This document shows, one piece after another, positions 13,501-25,620 of a DNA stretch of 64,000 nucleotides. The notes beneath the pieces are model-generated. The model had not been told where the DNA came from, did not search any database, and worked only from the letters and a program-made list of their open reading frames with translations. Origin of the DNA: Azolla caroliniana (Eukaryota > Plantae > Polypodiophyta); NCBI GenBank assembly GCA_043228905.1, contig JBHGNT010000006.1:2480001-2544000 (forward strand), given 5' to 3'. A program made the translations under genes and the position numbers. The number at the start of each line of letters is the position of its first letter. Positions within the stretch are counted from its first letter, which is position 1.

Positions 13501-14582
13501 AGCAACTTGCATCCAATTGGTGTTGTCAGCCACACGTCTCCTATGCCGACAATTCGGCATGTTCCTTCATTCCCCATCCGGACACAGCCGTGATCACCGG
13601 CTGAGTAGGATGAGAAGCATTTCCGGTCCAGGGTAAGGTGGAACGATGCTCCGGAGTCTACCACCCAGGTCATCTCGTCGCCGGCAAGGTTTATCTCACT
13701 CTCCTCGGTGATGAGCATCAACTCTTCTTCACTTGCCGCGATTGCCGTCGTTCCCTTCCGGTCTTTACCGTTTCAGTCTTTACCGTTCCGGTCCGGGGTT
13801 TGCTTCGAATCGGTACCGTCGGTTTCCTTGTCTTTACGGAAATGCCGACAGTTCTTTTGGAAGTGTCCCGGCTTGCCGCAATAGAAGCAAGTAGGCCTTC
13901 CCCTTGACTTTGACCATGTCCCCGACTTCTCCCGGTTCTGGGGACTACGGTTTCTCTGTCTTCCGCGTTCCGATTCGGTAAGAAGCGCTTTGGAGTCGGA
14001 GCTCGTATCTTTGTCTTTCCGACGCGCTTCCTCATCTAACAAGCTTGACTTTACTCTTGCTAGGGATAACCGCTTTCCTTCCGGCCCGGCGTTGCCCAAA
14101 GTGACAACCAACGTCTCCCAGCTATCTGAGAGGGAACCAAGCAGGAGTAGCGCTAGTACCTCATCGGCAAGAGGTACTTCCAATGACGTTGCCTGGTGTA
14201 TCAGCCCCTGGAAGGCATTCATATGCTCCGCCATGCTGGAGCCATCTTGGTACCGGAGTCTTACTAGCTTCTGGAATACCGACACCTGATTGACAGCATT
14301 TTTGTTCTGAAACATTATGCCGATCTTCTCCCAGAGCTCATGAGCCTTGCTCTCCTCATTGAAGTTGTTGTATAGGCTCATGTCGATGAAGCACCGTATG
14401 TACGCCGTTGTCTTCATGTGCATCACCTCCCATATCGCGGCGTCGATTTTGTCCGGTCTCTTGTCCCCGAACTGAACTGGCAGCCAGAGGTCTTTAACAA
14501 CGAGCATGTCCCTCATCTTTGACTTCCACACTGAATAGTTGGAGCCGGTGAGCTTGAACATGCCGCCAAACGATTCGTCCAT
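10541..14582 (-). pseudogene. Copia gag-pol polyprotein, disrupted by frameshifts (about 13770, about 12090) and a stop (about 11886)
   Basis: CFYCGKPGHFQKNC zinc knuckle, WVVDSGAS protease, WHKRLCH..C..C and VHTD..DNGGEY..NGLAERMNRT integrase, LDVKTAFLHG/YMDD RT, FTDSD..STTEAEY RNase H. Confidence 0.95.
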
Positions 14583-14612
14583 TTTCTGTGTCGATTTCGC
14601 TCTGATACCACT

Positions 14613-14885
14613 TGTCGGGAACCCAACGATCCTAATGCACGACGCTCGGCCACAACCGAGCGTAGAATGATACACAGAAAACGGGAAATTAAACGCGACA
14701 CAAAGAAGGAGAGAATACACAGGAGGTTTACGTGGAAAACCCCAAACTAGGGGAAAAACCACGGCAGCCCACAGGCTACAAACAGTCACTATGTAGGAAT
14801 ATACAACAGTGAGTTCACTGAGGCAACGACCTCGTGCTCACAGATCTTCGCCACAGGCGGCGGTTACAACAGAGGCAACGACCTC

Positions 14886-14942
<57 letters not shown>

Positions 14943-15447
14943 CAGTTACACACTCTCTCTTCTTCTTGCACTAACAAGAAAAACGACAACAACGAAAAAA
15001 GTTTGCCCTAAGTCATATTTTTACTAATATGACTTTTCGGCTATTTACAAATATAGCCTCGATGGGCTCTCAGAAACATATTTACGAATATGTCTCTTCC
15101 TCCGGTTCACACCGGGCCTGCACCATCCGGTTCTCCGTAGCCGGGTACTCCTCATTCGATTCACACCGGGCCTGTATCATCCGGCTCTCCGTAGCCGGGT
15201 ACTCCTCATCCGATCCTCACCGACCTGTATCATCTGGCTCTCCGTAGCGGGGTACTCCTCATCCGGTCCTCACCGGGCCTGTATCATCCGGCTCTCCGTA
15301 GCCGGGTACTCCTCATCCGGTCCTCACCGGGCCTGTATCATCCGGCTCTCCGTAGCCGGGTACTCCTCATCCGGTCCGGCCTCGGCCGAGTTTGTTCGTC
15401 GGCACTGTTCTTCTCCCTTCCCATCCGGAGGGACCTGTCTCCCAACA
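14613..15447 (-). repeat. Copia 5' LTR (835 bp)
   Basis: Followed on the minus strand by AG and the Met PBS. Confidence 0.97.
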
Positions 15448-16926
15448 TTCGTGACATGTATACTTATTGGTGCAACGCCATGTACAATATCTATATGATG
15501 GTCTATATTACGTTTAGGAGGTAACCCATGTGGTAGTTCACTCGGGAAAACATCACGAAAATCATTTAAGATTTCATCGAGTTGTTGTTCAAAATATGAT
15601 AAATGACCCGAGACACTATCGATATTATAAACATGAATGTTCAGATCAAGTACACAATAAAATAAAGAAGAACAAGACAACTCAGATATTGATGGAGAGG
15701 AAACAATCGAAAGAGATTGTTTTTCTACACATTGAATAAAATAAGTACAATCGTTCAGTACAAAGGTAATGGAATGGTGAACCCAATCAATAGATAAAGA
15801 AGAGTTTTTATTATAAAACCAGGGATAACCCAATATTACATCAGTGGTACAAAGATTCATTACATGGAAGTCTACTTCCTCTATATAAGTATCAATAGAA
15901 ATTCCTAATGAATGAATCGCATTGTTGATGTACTGCACTCTTCCATCAGCCAAGTGCATCTTATAGGTGTGATCACTTATAGTGGGTCGGATTCCCCATA
16001 TCTGAACCAAACAATCATTCACAAAGTTGTGTGAGCTTCCCGAATCAAATAATAATTGTAGGGGAGATCCATTGATATACTCGTTTGCACGTAGTCATAT
16101 CCATTGATTCATCAATTACTTAAATGATGTGTATAGACCTCAAGGACATCAAGAATCTGACCTTTATGGTCTGCAACTTTGGTTTTGTTGTCATGCTCTT
16201 TTCGTTGGAGCTTCTGACATTGCTCTTTTATATGACCATTTTTTTGTAGAACACGCAAAAAGGATTTTGTCGCTTATAATCGCGATCCATGAATTCGTTG
16301 GGTGTCTTGTGTTTCCCAGCGAATTGCGACTGCTTAGTCCCGGATGCTTCAGGTTTGTTATAGTCCTTCTTCGAAGTGTGTTGATAACGAAGAACTATTT
16401 CAATGGCCTCTTCGAAGGATTTTGGATCCTTATTGTGCACTATCCAATGATAGTCCGAATTGGGGATGCCATTGACAAAACAAGCTATCAACCAATTGTC
16501 CCCTTCTAGACCTGATTTTTGAATTTGGGTTCTAACATGGTGAACATAGTCTTCTAGCGAGGAAAATTTCCGGTTAGAGAGGTTCATTAAAACTTTTGTT
16601 GCCTCGGTTCGAGATGGTGGTTGCAAAAATCGACCCTTGAAAACTGTGACAAAGTCTGTCCAGGTATTGGGCAATTTTCCCGTAGTGCAGAGCCCACACA
16701 CACCACCAGGCAACGACCTTACCCCCTAGTTCTCGACCGACATATGCAATCTTTGTACTATTTGGCTTGGGATAGAGCTCAAAATAAGACTCCCATCGCC
16801 CCAACCACGTGCAGATTGCTTCTTCAGTTCTTTCCTTTTTTTCCTGTAAATGGCTTTACGACAAATGATGGTTCACCTTGACGCTCATCGGATCTATTAG
16901 TATCACATTGTATACTAATGACACGT

Positions 16927-17565
16927 TGTCGTGAAGAAAACCGTCCCTTAGCGCAATCGGTGCATAGCGCGCGTGAACCGGCTCTTCACGCATGCGCGCC
17001 CTTAATGTATATAATAGGGAATTAGGTACATAGGTATATCCTGGGTAGTTAGATTCGGCAGGTAGGAAGTAAATGAGGGAGACGACTCCCTTCTTGACGC
17101 TATAAAGGAGAGGGAGACGCAGGGAGAAGGGATCGCGCTTTGAGGAGGACGAAGTGTTGTCGGACCGTAACCGAACACTTCTCCTCTGTTGCTCTTCTCT
17201 GCAGATTTTCGGGAGGCTCGCGCTGCTTCGAGGAACGCCCGTGTGCTTCCGGCAGCACCTCCACCCTTTTCTCCTTTCGTGCGCAGACGAACAGGCATCG
17301 ACATCTGTTCGCCGGCCTGTTCGGTTGTAACCGCTCGCGTGCTCTGCTGTTTATTTTGTTATTCGTTAATATACACACATTCGTGTCTCTCTATCTCTGT
17401 GTTCGTTCATGCCTTCTGCGTTGGCGGGTCGTGCCCCTGTGTTCCTTTGCTCATACGCAACCGGGCGTCTCTCTCTTTCTCTTTCCCCTTCTATCACCTG
17501 CTCTTCGGTTCAAGACCCCGGTGGTCCCGCCTCGTTTCTCCACGCACGCGTGTAACAACGCGACA
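16927..17565 (+). repeat. Gypsy 5' LTR
   Basis: TGTCGTG...CGCGACA; TATA ctataaagg at about 17100. Confidence 0.97.
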
Positions 17566-17569
17566 TATT

Positions 17570-17587
17570 TGGTGAACCCGACGTGAA
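17570..17587 (+). other. Primer binding site complementary to the tRNA-Trp 3' end
   Basis: TGGTGAACCCGACGTGAA is the reverse complement of UUCACGUCGGGUUCACCA, recalled as the cytosolic tRNA-Trp 3' terminus. Confidence 0.85.
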
Positions 17588-17609
17588 CAAGGCGGCAGAG
17601 GAGCAGAAG

Positions 17610-19736
17610 ATGAGGGGGTCAGACCTTGCAGAGGCCATGGCTTCGGCCATGGACCGGATAGTGAGCGCGCGCGAGGGCACCAACACCCTTGATAGGGCTA
17701 TTGAGGCGATCGTCGGAATGATCGGCCGGTTCAGTGGAAAGGATGCCACGAGTTATTTGGCGTCCTACCGGGCGGAGATGTTGATGAGGGATATTCCGGA
17801 AGAGAGGCGTCTTGCCGGATTCCCTCGAGTGGCGATGCCCGGCATCCATGCAGAGGTGCTCGAAGTCCGGGCAGAGAGCCGGACCTGGGAGGAGTTCGAA
17901 GGACGGCTCCTGGAGAAATACGGGCTGGATGACGCGCTTCGACTTTCAAAGCGGGGCTTCATGGAGTGGGTGGAGTCCCCCAACAAAGGAAGAAATGTGT
18001 CGGTACTCCTCCGGGAGTTTGAGGAACGCTTTGCGAAACTTTCGGCGTTCGATCGGACCGTTCTGGACACAAGTCGTGTCCTACTGTTTGCCAAATCGGT
18101 TGACGCACAGGATCGGGGGCAAGTGGGCTCCTTACTAGAAACCGAAGACAGGCTGACGGCCGACTGGGCCGCGGTAAAAAGAGTCTGCGGCCGTTTTGAC
18201 AAACGGTGGGAGTGGGCTGATACAGAGGCGACTAGGGCGGGACCTGTCGCAGCAAGGAAGCTCGAACCGATACCGCAGGCGCGACGGGAAGAGACCCGGG
18301 AGGGGCTTGAAACCGGTTCGGCTTCGACTGGCGTGGTCAGAGGCTCGTCCGGGGGAGCAGCTTTGGAGGAGTTGACACGAGCGGTTAAGGATCTCCAGAT
18401 CGCCCAGGCTCGGAGGGAAGGCGGTGATCAGGCTCGTGACCGACAGCCTCCGGCAGGAAGTAGGTGCATGTGGTGCGACGAGGTCGGCCACATCCGGAAA
18501 GACTGCGGGGACGTTACGGAGGCTTTGAGAAGCCGGGTAGTGTACCTGTGGGAAGGTCGAGTGCACGCCAGTGATACCCGGAGGGCCCTGAACCGAAACG
18601 ACGGGCGAGGAGGAATGAAAAGGCTGATGGAAGAGGCGGTAGCCCGACACGCAGAGACCGTCCACTACTCAGCGTCAGCCGGTATTCAGGTCGGAGGCAG
18701 CAAGGGCCATAAGGAGAGCAAAGCCGGGTTCTGGCCGACGGTGCTGGAAGGCCTCGCCGGTGCCTGACTAAAGAGAGACGAGGCGGACCGCGCGGAGAAG
18801 CGGGTCCAGGAGGTAACCGGGTGGAGTGACCCGGTCGAAGAAAAGACGGGTTTCGTCGAAGCAGCTTGCCAGAACTACGAGGCTCTGGTTGAAGACAAAC
18901 GGGTAGGTAAAACCGGAGGGGCCGGACCCTCACAGAGATACGAAACCCGATTCGGACCGAAACGGAACGAGGCCGGTGAATCCAGTGCCCGAGATAACCA
19001 CAAGAAGGGCGGATACCATTTGGGCACGGAGATCGAAAGGACCACAGACCTACGAAAGGTCCTAGAAGAACGAATCCTCGACAGCAAAGTGGAACTGTCG
19101 TTGCGGGAGGTGCTCGGGATCGCCAAGAAGGAGTTCCACGGCTCCATCGTGGACTTGGTGAAGAGGAAGAGGCTGTCGACGGAGGCAGAACCAGAAAGGC
19201 CAGTGGAGGTGCGGACGGCGCACATAGAGGACCTGGCGCTGGAAGACGAGTGGGCGGAGAGCCACTATTCGAGGCCACACTGGGCCCGAGCGACCACGGA
19301 AACCCCGGTGAAGATCAGAGATGTTCAGGAACCGGTGGTGGCCCTAGTAGACCACGGTTCGGAAATAAAACTTATGTCCATGGACTTCTACAAGAAGGGG
19401 AAATGGCCGATCAACACTAAACACGGGTGGAAGATACGAGCGGCGACGCGCGCCGCCGAGGAACTACACGGGGCCTGCCCAAACGTGCGAGTCAAGATTG
19501 GCGACGTCGAGATAGACCATCACTTTTTTGTGCAAGAGACGTCCTCGCACCCGGTCATACTGGGAGAACCGTACATTACGGCAGCGCGAATGGAGACCAA
19601 GGTGTTGGACAACGGGTCTGCTTACGCGAGGGTCAAGAATCAGGATGGGCGTCATTCGGTCCAGTTCCTGACGGTGCGACCGAACCACGAACGAAACCGC
19701 GAGTCCCTCGGTGGCGAGAACCGAGAGGATTTTTAG
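17610..19736 (+). pseudogene. Gypsy gag-protease ORF1 (one premature TGA at 18765)
   Basis: CMWCDEVGHIRKDC zinc knuckle; ALVDHGSE and VILGEPY aspartic protease motifs; same frame on both sides of the single stop (likely CGA>TGA). Confidence 0.9.
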
Positions 19737-19792
19737 AGAGGACTGTCAAGGCGTGGGGCCGCGACAGTCCGGACACTCCGGGAAAACCCCAC
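19727..19792 (+). promoter_or_regulatory. Predicted -1 ribosomal frameshift signal (slippery heptamer plus pseudoknot)
   Basis: G GAT TTT (19727-33) then TAG; 6-nt spacer; stem GGACTGTC/GACAGTCC; loop GTGGGG complementary to CCCCAC at 19787-92; pol lies in the -1 frame. Confidence 0.8.
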
Positions 19793-22700
19793 AAATGTAC
19801 GATAGAAGCCAAACCGAAGAAACCTTGTACCATAAGTAGGAAGTTTTGTTTCTCCGACAACGGAGGGTGTACGATAGTCGGCGTTGTTGGCCGAGAAAAG
19901 ACAAGGGCGGAAGAGCGACTTCGGGCGTGCGGAGTTCTCGGGCACAGCGAAGAAATCAACGGAGCCGTGGAGGCGGTCTCCTTCGACGATACCTTGGGAA
20001 TACTGCGAGAGGTGGTCGGAGAGGGCCTTAAAGAGGACCGGACGATACCGGTTTGTTCAGAAGAAATGTACGAAGTCATCGCGGATTTCAGTCGAGGGCT
20101 CGAGTCGGATCAGACAGCCCGGGTTAACACGAAGTATAAGACTGTGGACCGGAAGGTAAGGCCAGTCACGGCACCCTTACCGGAGGGCAGCGAGTTGCGA
20201 ATCAAGGGGGTCGCGTCGGACCCCAGTTTACGAGATCCGGCCTGCACAGGACACACCTTCACCGACAGAACGCTACAGGAGCTCAAAATCGGTGGGGGCC
20301 GGTTCCTACTGCCGGTGGAAGAAGACCGGTTTCAGAGAATGCTCGGAAGGCAAGGGAAAGCCTTCGCATTCTCACCGGGAGAGATCGGGTGCGTAGACCC
20401 GACAGTCGTGAAGCCGATGGTGATATTCACGGTACCGCATGTGTTGTGGAATCTCAAACCAATTCCGGTACCGAGAGCTCACATCCCGGAGCTGATGGAG
20501 CTGTTGAGGCAGAAAGTCGATATGGGTATCCTCGAACCGTCGAGTGCCCCGTACTCAAACCGATGGTTTACCGTACCGAAGAAGTACGGGACGTTGCGCT
20601 TCATTCAAGACCTGCAACCGGTCAACAGAGTGACCATTCGGAACGCAGGAATCGGACCAACGATAGACGAGTTCGCGGAGGCCTTCGCCGGAAGGTTGAT
20701 CTACTCGGTCGGTTATCTGTACTCAGGGTACGATCAGTTCCAACTAGCCGTAGAGAGCAGAGACATTACGACGATGCGGACTCCTCTCGGCCTAGTGCGG
20801 ATGTGTACCCTACCGCAAGGAGGGACGAACTCGGTGGCCCACATGGTGAATGCGATGAACAACGTGCTGAGGGATTGTATCCCAGACATCACCATGCCAT
20901 TCTTGGACAACATCCCGATCAAGGGATGTCCGATGGAGGAAAAGGACGAAACGATCGGACCGGACGGATGCCGGGGATTCGTGGCGACACGCATTGACGA
21001 CTGCGAGAGGGTGCTGCAGAGGCTAGAGGACGCGAGGCTCACCTTCTCCGGGGAGAAATCGGCCTTCGGGCAATCAGAGATCATGGTCGTCGGACATCTA
21101 TGCGGACCGTATGGCAGGAAACCGTCCCCGGCTAAGGTGGAAGCCATTTCCACAATGAAGCCCGACTGTAACTCGGTCACGGAGGTACGGAGGTTCTTGG
21201 GAGCATGCGCGTTCTACCACATATGGATCCCGCATTACGCCCACGTTGCCGAGACGCTATACGGGTTGCTGAAAAAGGGGCGAAAATTCGAGTGGCGAGT
21301 CGAGCATACGGAGTCGGTCCGAAAAATAGGAGGCTCTTGCTACAGCTCCAGCGCTCCGAAAGGCTGTCTACGAGAAAGGCACCCCCATCTACATAACGGT
21401 AGATACAAGTCCGATCGGGATCGGGTGGGTCGTCAACCAAGAAGATGAGGACGGTATTCGGTTCCCAATCCGGTTCGGCGCGAAGGTCCTCAGCGAGCGA
21501 CAGCGAGGATACGCCCAGGTTAAACGCGAACTCTGGGGTATCGTTTCGGCGGTAAAGGCCGATAAAAACTATCTAATTGGGACAGAGGTGATTATCGAGA
21601 CGGACTGCCTACCGATTCTCGGCATGGTTTTCGGATGCGCAACCCCGGACCTGGCAATGCTAAGGTGGATAGCATACATCAAGTCTCTGGATCCGGAAAT
21701 ACGACACATTTCCGGGAAAGACAACGCCATGGCCGACATGCTTTCAAGGGCGCGATTCGACGACGAGGGCGGTATGGTTTCGGAGAAAGAGGAAGTCGGC
21801 ATGGACTTCTTCGAGGCGGCTTACGTAACAACCAAGGGGGGGAGCACTCCGGCGCTTAACGATTTTGACGAGAGCAAGTACGATGGGGAGTGGCTGCAGA
21901 TTGGAGGATTCTTAAGGACGATGACGTCGGGCGCGTCATGGACAAGGGACGAGGCCAACCGGATCCAGAAGAAAGCGTACCGATTCTTTCTCCGGGACGG
22001 ATACTTATGGAAGCACCCAAAGAAGAGAAACGGCATCCCGCTCCGGGTAGTGGCGATGAAGGAGGAACATGAGGAGTTGTTGAAGGGCTACCACGACAGC
22101 CCCTGGGCCGGACACCGTGGGACGTGGGCCACGTTCGAGAAATTAAAGGGGAAGTACTGGTGGTCGGGGCTGTACCGGGACGTGCATCGGTTCGTGACAA
22201 CTTGTGAGAGCTGTCAGATGCACTCCATAGTCCGACATCAGGATGAGCTTCACCCTACATACCCTCCAGCCATCCACTTCAAATGGATGGTAGATTTGGT
22301 GACGATGTCGATGGGCGTAGGGCAGATGCGATATCTGGTACTGGCCCGGGAGGACCTGACGAACCAGGTGGAAGGCCGAGCCCTGCAGACCAAAACGACC
22401 GCGGTCGTGTGTCGGTTCCTGATCGAGGACGTGATATGCCGGTACGGGTGCGTCGGAAAGATCGTGGCTGACCGCGGGGAGTTGGACGCCGAAGAGGCCG
22501 AGGAGCTGTTCGACCGGTTAGGGGTCAAGCTCTCGCTCACCACAGCGTACAATCCGGAGGCAAACGGGAAGGTGGAGCGCGGGCACGGACCGATCGTCAA
22601 AGCGCTAGTCCGGGCATGCGAAGGCCAGGTCGGGAACTGGCCACGGCTGTTACCTTATGCCTTGTGGGCGGACCGGACAACGCACAGTTCGGTAACCGGG

Positions 22701-23312
22701 TTCATGCCGGCAGAGCTCATGTTCGGACAGAAGCCGATCATGCCGATAGAACGGACGATCTCCTCTTGGGCGACAGTAGACTAGAGAGACGAGATGAGTC
22801 GGGAAGAACTGCTAGCGGCGCGTATACAGCAGCTCGAGCGGAGGCCAGAGGACGTGGAATGAGCGGCGGAGAAACTTCAAGCGGCGAGGATGAAGAACAA
22901 AGCCCGGTTCGACCGAACGCACCGGCTCCGACCAAAGAAAATCGAGGAAGGCGATTGGGTGCTAGTCTACGACAGCAGCCTCGACAACCAGCACCGAGCA
23001 ACACGGAAGTTTGCAAAGCGGTGGTTCGGGCCTTACGTGGTAACGAGCGCCAACAACAACGGGACGTATCACCTGGCGGAACTCGACGGTACGAGGATGG
23101 CGATACCGGTAGCAGGGAAGCGGATCAAAGCGTTCAAGAAACGCCACGACGGCGAACCGGATCTAAGAGGCCTGGACAGCGACGACGAACAGTACAAAAC
23201 GGAGGACGAACCGATGGACGAAGAACCGCAACCCGGACCGGTTTTCTCCAACCAGAACCCAATTTTGGCGCATACCGGTGGATGCGCGGTTAGGTGGGGG
23301 CAGATGTCGTGA
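19733..23312 (+). pseudogene. Gypsy pol ORF2 (RT-RNaseH-integrase), disrupted (frameshift about 21330, stops about 22784 and 22860, FLDN at the catalytic site)
   Basis: SSAPYSNRWFTVPKK..LRFIQDLQPVN, LPQGGTNS, VDTSPIGIG, HDSPWAGH..CESC, AYNPEANGKVERGH, WFGPYVV; no chromodomain. Confidence 0.93.
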
Positions 23313-23942
23313 AGAAAACCGTCCCTTAGCGCAATCGGTGCATAGCGTGCGTGAACCGGCTCTTCACACATGCGCGCCCTTAATGTATATAATAGGGAAT
23401 TAGGTACATAGGTATATCCTGGGTAGTTAGATTCGGCAGGTAGGAAGTAAATGAGGGAGACGACTCCCTTCTTGACGCTATAAAGGAGAGGGAGACGCAT
23501 GGAGAAGGGATCGCGCTTTGAGGAGGACGAAGTGTTGTCGGACCGTAACCGAACGCTTCTCCTCTGTTGCTCTTCTCTGCAGATTTTCAGGAGGCTCGCG
23601 CTGCTTCGAGGAACGCCCGTGTGCTTCCGGCAGCACCTCCACCCTTTTCTCTTTCGTGCGCAGACGAACAGGCATCGGCATCTGTTCGCCAGCCTGTTCG
23701 GTTGTAACCGCTCGCGTGCTCTGCTGTTTATTTTGTTATTCGTTAATATACACACATTTGTGTCTCTCTGTCTCTGTGTTCGTTCGTGCCTTCTGCGTTG
23801 AAGGGCCGTGCCCCTGTGTTCCTTTGCTCATACGCAACCGGGCGTCTCTCTCTTTCTCTTTCCCCTTCTATCACCTGCTCTTCGGTTCAAGACCCCGGTG
23901 GTCTCGCCTCATTTCTCCACGCACGTGCGTAACAACGTGACA
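23305..23942 (+). repeat. Gypsy 3' LTR
   Basis: Direct repeat of 16927-17565. Confidence 0.97.
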
Positions 23943-24937
23943 ACGTGCCTCGAGAGCACTATGAGATTGCCAAAGTTCTGACATCTCATACAAGATAGAA
24001 TTAAGGAAATTTTGTATTTGTAAAAAATACGAATCAATGGGGATTGGCCCAAGAGAATTTCCTTGAATTCCTTCCATTTGGGCAGATGCCATCGGGTCGT
24101 TATAATGAGCCATTGAATGATAATTTCTGGCACAGAAATAGGATAAGGTCAAACAAATAGTCATAACATCATGTCGTGATGTCAACATATCATGGGCAAA
24201 CATTAATCGATATCATGATCTCACGTCAATACCCCTCTACATGTACGAGATGAGGTTCAAGATCAAGTTACTACAGTAACACAAAGATGTTTTAAAAACC
24301 ATGGGGGTTACAAATGAATGTCTCTCCCTTATCTCTATATTGATTTTTTCATGGCAGCTCCTCGAGGCTCAACCATGTATGTTCGCATCATGAATAGTTT
24401 ATACATGAAAAAATGTTAACAATAAACTATGTCTTTGTGCCTACCCATGTGGTTTCGGTTCTTTAAGTCCTATTATGAGGACACCGAAGTGCACTTAGAC
24501 CTAAAGTCTAAACATGTTTTATAGTCATATGCATTAATAATGTTGTATGATCTTGATCATATTTGAACTCGAGACCTCGAGAACAAAGTCATTAAACACT
24601 TGGGCTAACCAAATAGTTTGTTGCTTTTAAATAACTAATGTTTATGCATATGAGACATACGTGAAGACATTTGCCCATATATGTTTTTTTAAAAGAAAAC
24701 ATATATGTCTAGAGTCCTTATTTCCCCTTTGTTAACAAGAAAACTATGTATAATACGTTGCCCAACCTCAAGTCTCATCATTACGATGACATACCCCAAG
24801 GTGCAACCTAATGGTCAAGCCACATGAGCCCCCTTTTCATAGTAAGCCCACGTGGTCCATCACATGGTTGCATCATTACAAATACCTTCCGTAATGATGA
24901 TCTCATGGTGGCACCATAACCATGTAACGAGGGAGAG

Positions 24938-25150
24938 ATGTTGGAGGTGTGTGTCATAAGCGCGACCTCACTTGAAGTGGGTCAAGCCCTACACTCTCAA
25001 CATCATTGTGGTTATGATCATTTCGTTATAACGTGTCGCGAAATCGAAGTGACCGACGGGGATGACAACAAAAAAATTGTTGAAAAAAGGATGGTGACTA
25101 CACCATTCTCACAAAAATGTGAGGGTGGCCACCAATATCCTTTCCTCGAA
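24938..25150 (+). pseudogene. Possible C2-domain (SRC2/BAP-like) gene fragment
   Basis: MLEVCVISATSLE..TTPFSQKCEGGHQYP resembles the C2 N-terminal strands (LEVxVISAxxL..T..D.EGG..P); no continuation found. Confidence 0.3.
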
Positions 25151-25299
25151 AAGGAAAACGTTCGATCTACAAAATCACGTAATAAAAACTAATATACACA
25201 TATTTATGTTTATCACATGTATACGATTAAATGCGTATACACGTGATTACATATGCATATATTTTAAAAAATCGTAACATAACATAGCCAACGAATGAT

Positions 25300-25620
25300 G
25301 TAATCAATATATGTAATTGAGGCATATAGCCTCTACGCACACGAAACGTCCAAAATAAAGGTGAACGTAATGCACAATTGAGGTATTGACCTCTTACGCA
25401 TACGACACAAATCGCATATCATTTACATAGAAATCAAGGTATTGACCTCATACGCATACCTAACATATGTATGTGTGCATAACAAACAATTGAAGTATTA
25501 ACTCTCATACACATCCGGCACAAATCACATATCAAATATGTGTCAAATGAGGAATTGATCTCATACACATATGTACGTTTACACAACCGATTATTACCAC
25601 TACAACATAATTGAATCAAT
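25300..25620. repeat. Degenerate AT-rich tandem repeat
   Basis: Recurring aattgaggtattgacctc(t/a)tacgcatac-like motif about every 55-60 bp. Confidence 0.6.

Larger units (their letters stand above)
9728..15447 (-). mobile_element. Full-length Ty1/copia LTR retrotransposon (Tnt1/Tork-like)
   Basis: LTRs 14613-15447 and 9728-10530 (TG..CA, near identical); PBS TGGTATCAGAGC (tRNA-iMet) 14610-14599; PPT AGGGGGAGTT 10540-10531; gag-PR-INT-RT-RH order. Confidence 0.97.
9277..15456 (+). mobile_element. Solo LTR (about 460 bp: 9277-9727 plus 15448-15456) inserted in the gypsy RT and split by the copia
   Basis: Termini TGTCATAAA / TTCGTGACA are imperfect inverted repeats; 5-bp TSD GGTAT (9272-9276) / TGTAT (15457-15461) with 1 mismatch; aataaata TATA-like near 9525 followed by a CT-rich tract. 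Confidence 0.75.
16927..23942 (+). mobile_element. Full-length non-chromovirus Ty3/gypsy, tRNA-Trp PBS, 4-bp TSD (ACGT)
   Basis: LTRs 16927-17565 and 23305-23942 (about 97% identical by eye); ACGT at 16923-16926 and 23943-23946; PBS 17570-17587; PPT aggtgggggcaga before 23305; gag-PR / RT-RH-INT. Confidence 0.97.
8055..24215 (-). mobile_element. Decayed Ty3/gypsy host element in pieces: RT/RNaseH about 8060-9276, PR/RT start and gag 15457-16926, gag N-terminus/5' region 23943-about 24215; no integrase or 3' LTR visible
   Basis: [56 protein letters not shown]; frame HGVAPISI|PPY is restored when 9277-15461 is removed; many stops. The right boundary is uncertain. Confidence 0.85.

Noticed and set aside
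10646-23755. Numerous antisense and alternative-frame ORFs over the copia and gypsy
   Set aside because: Expected in GC-rich retroelement sequence; no recognisable motifs
24560-24616. tRNA gene (also similar segments at about 34275-34342 and about 57440-57485)
   Set aside because: Only degenerate A/B-box-like motifs with no cloverleaf; at most old SINE heads
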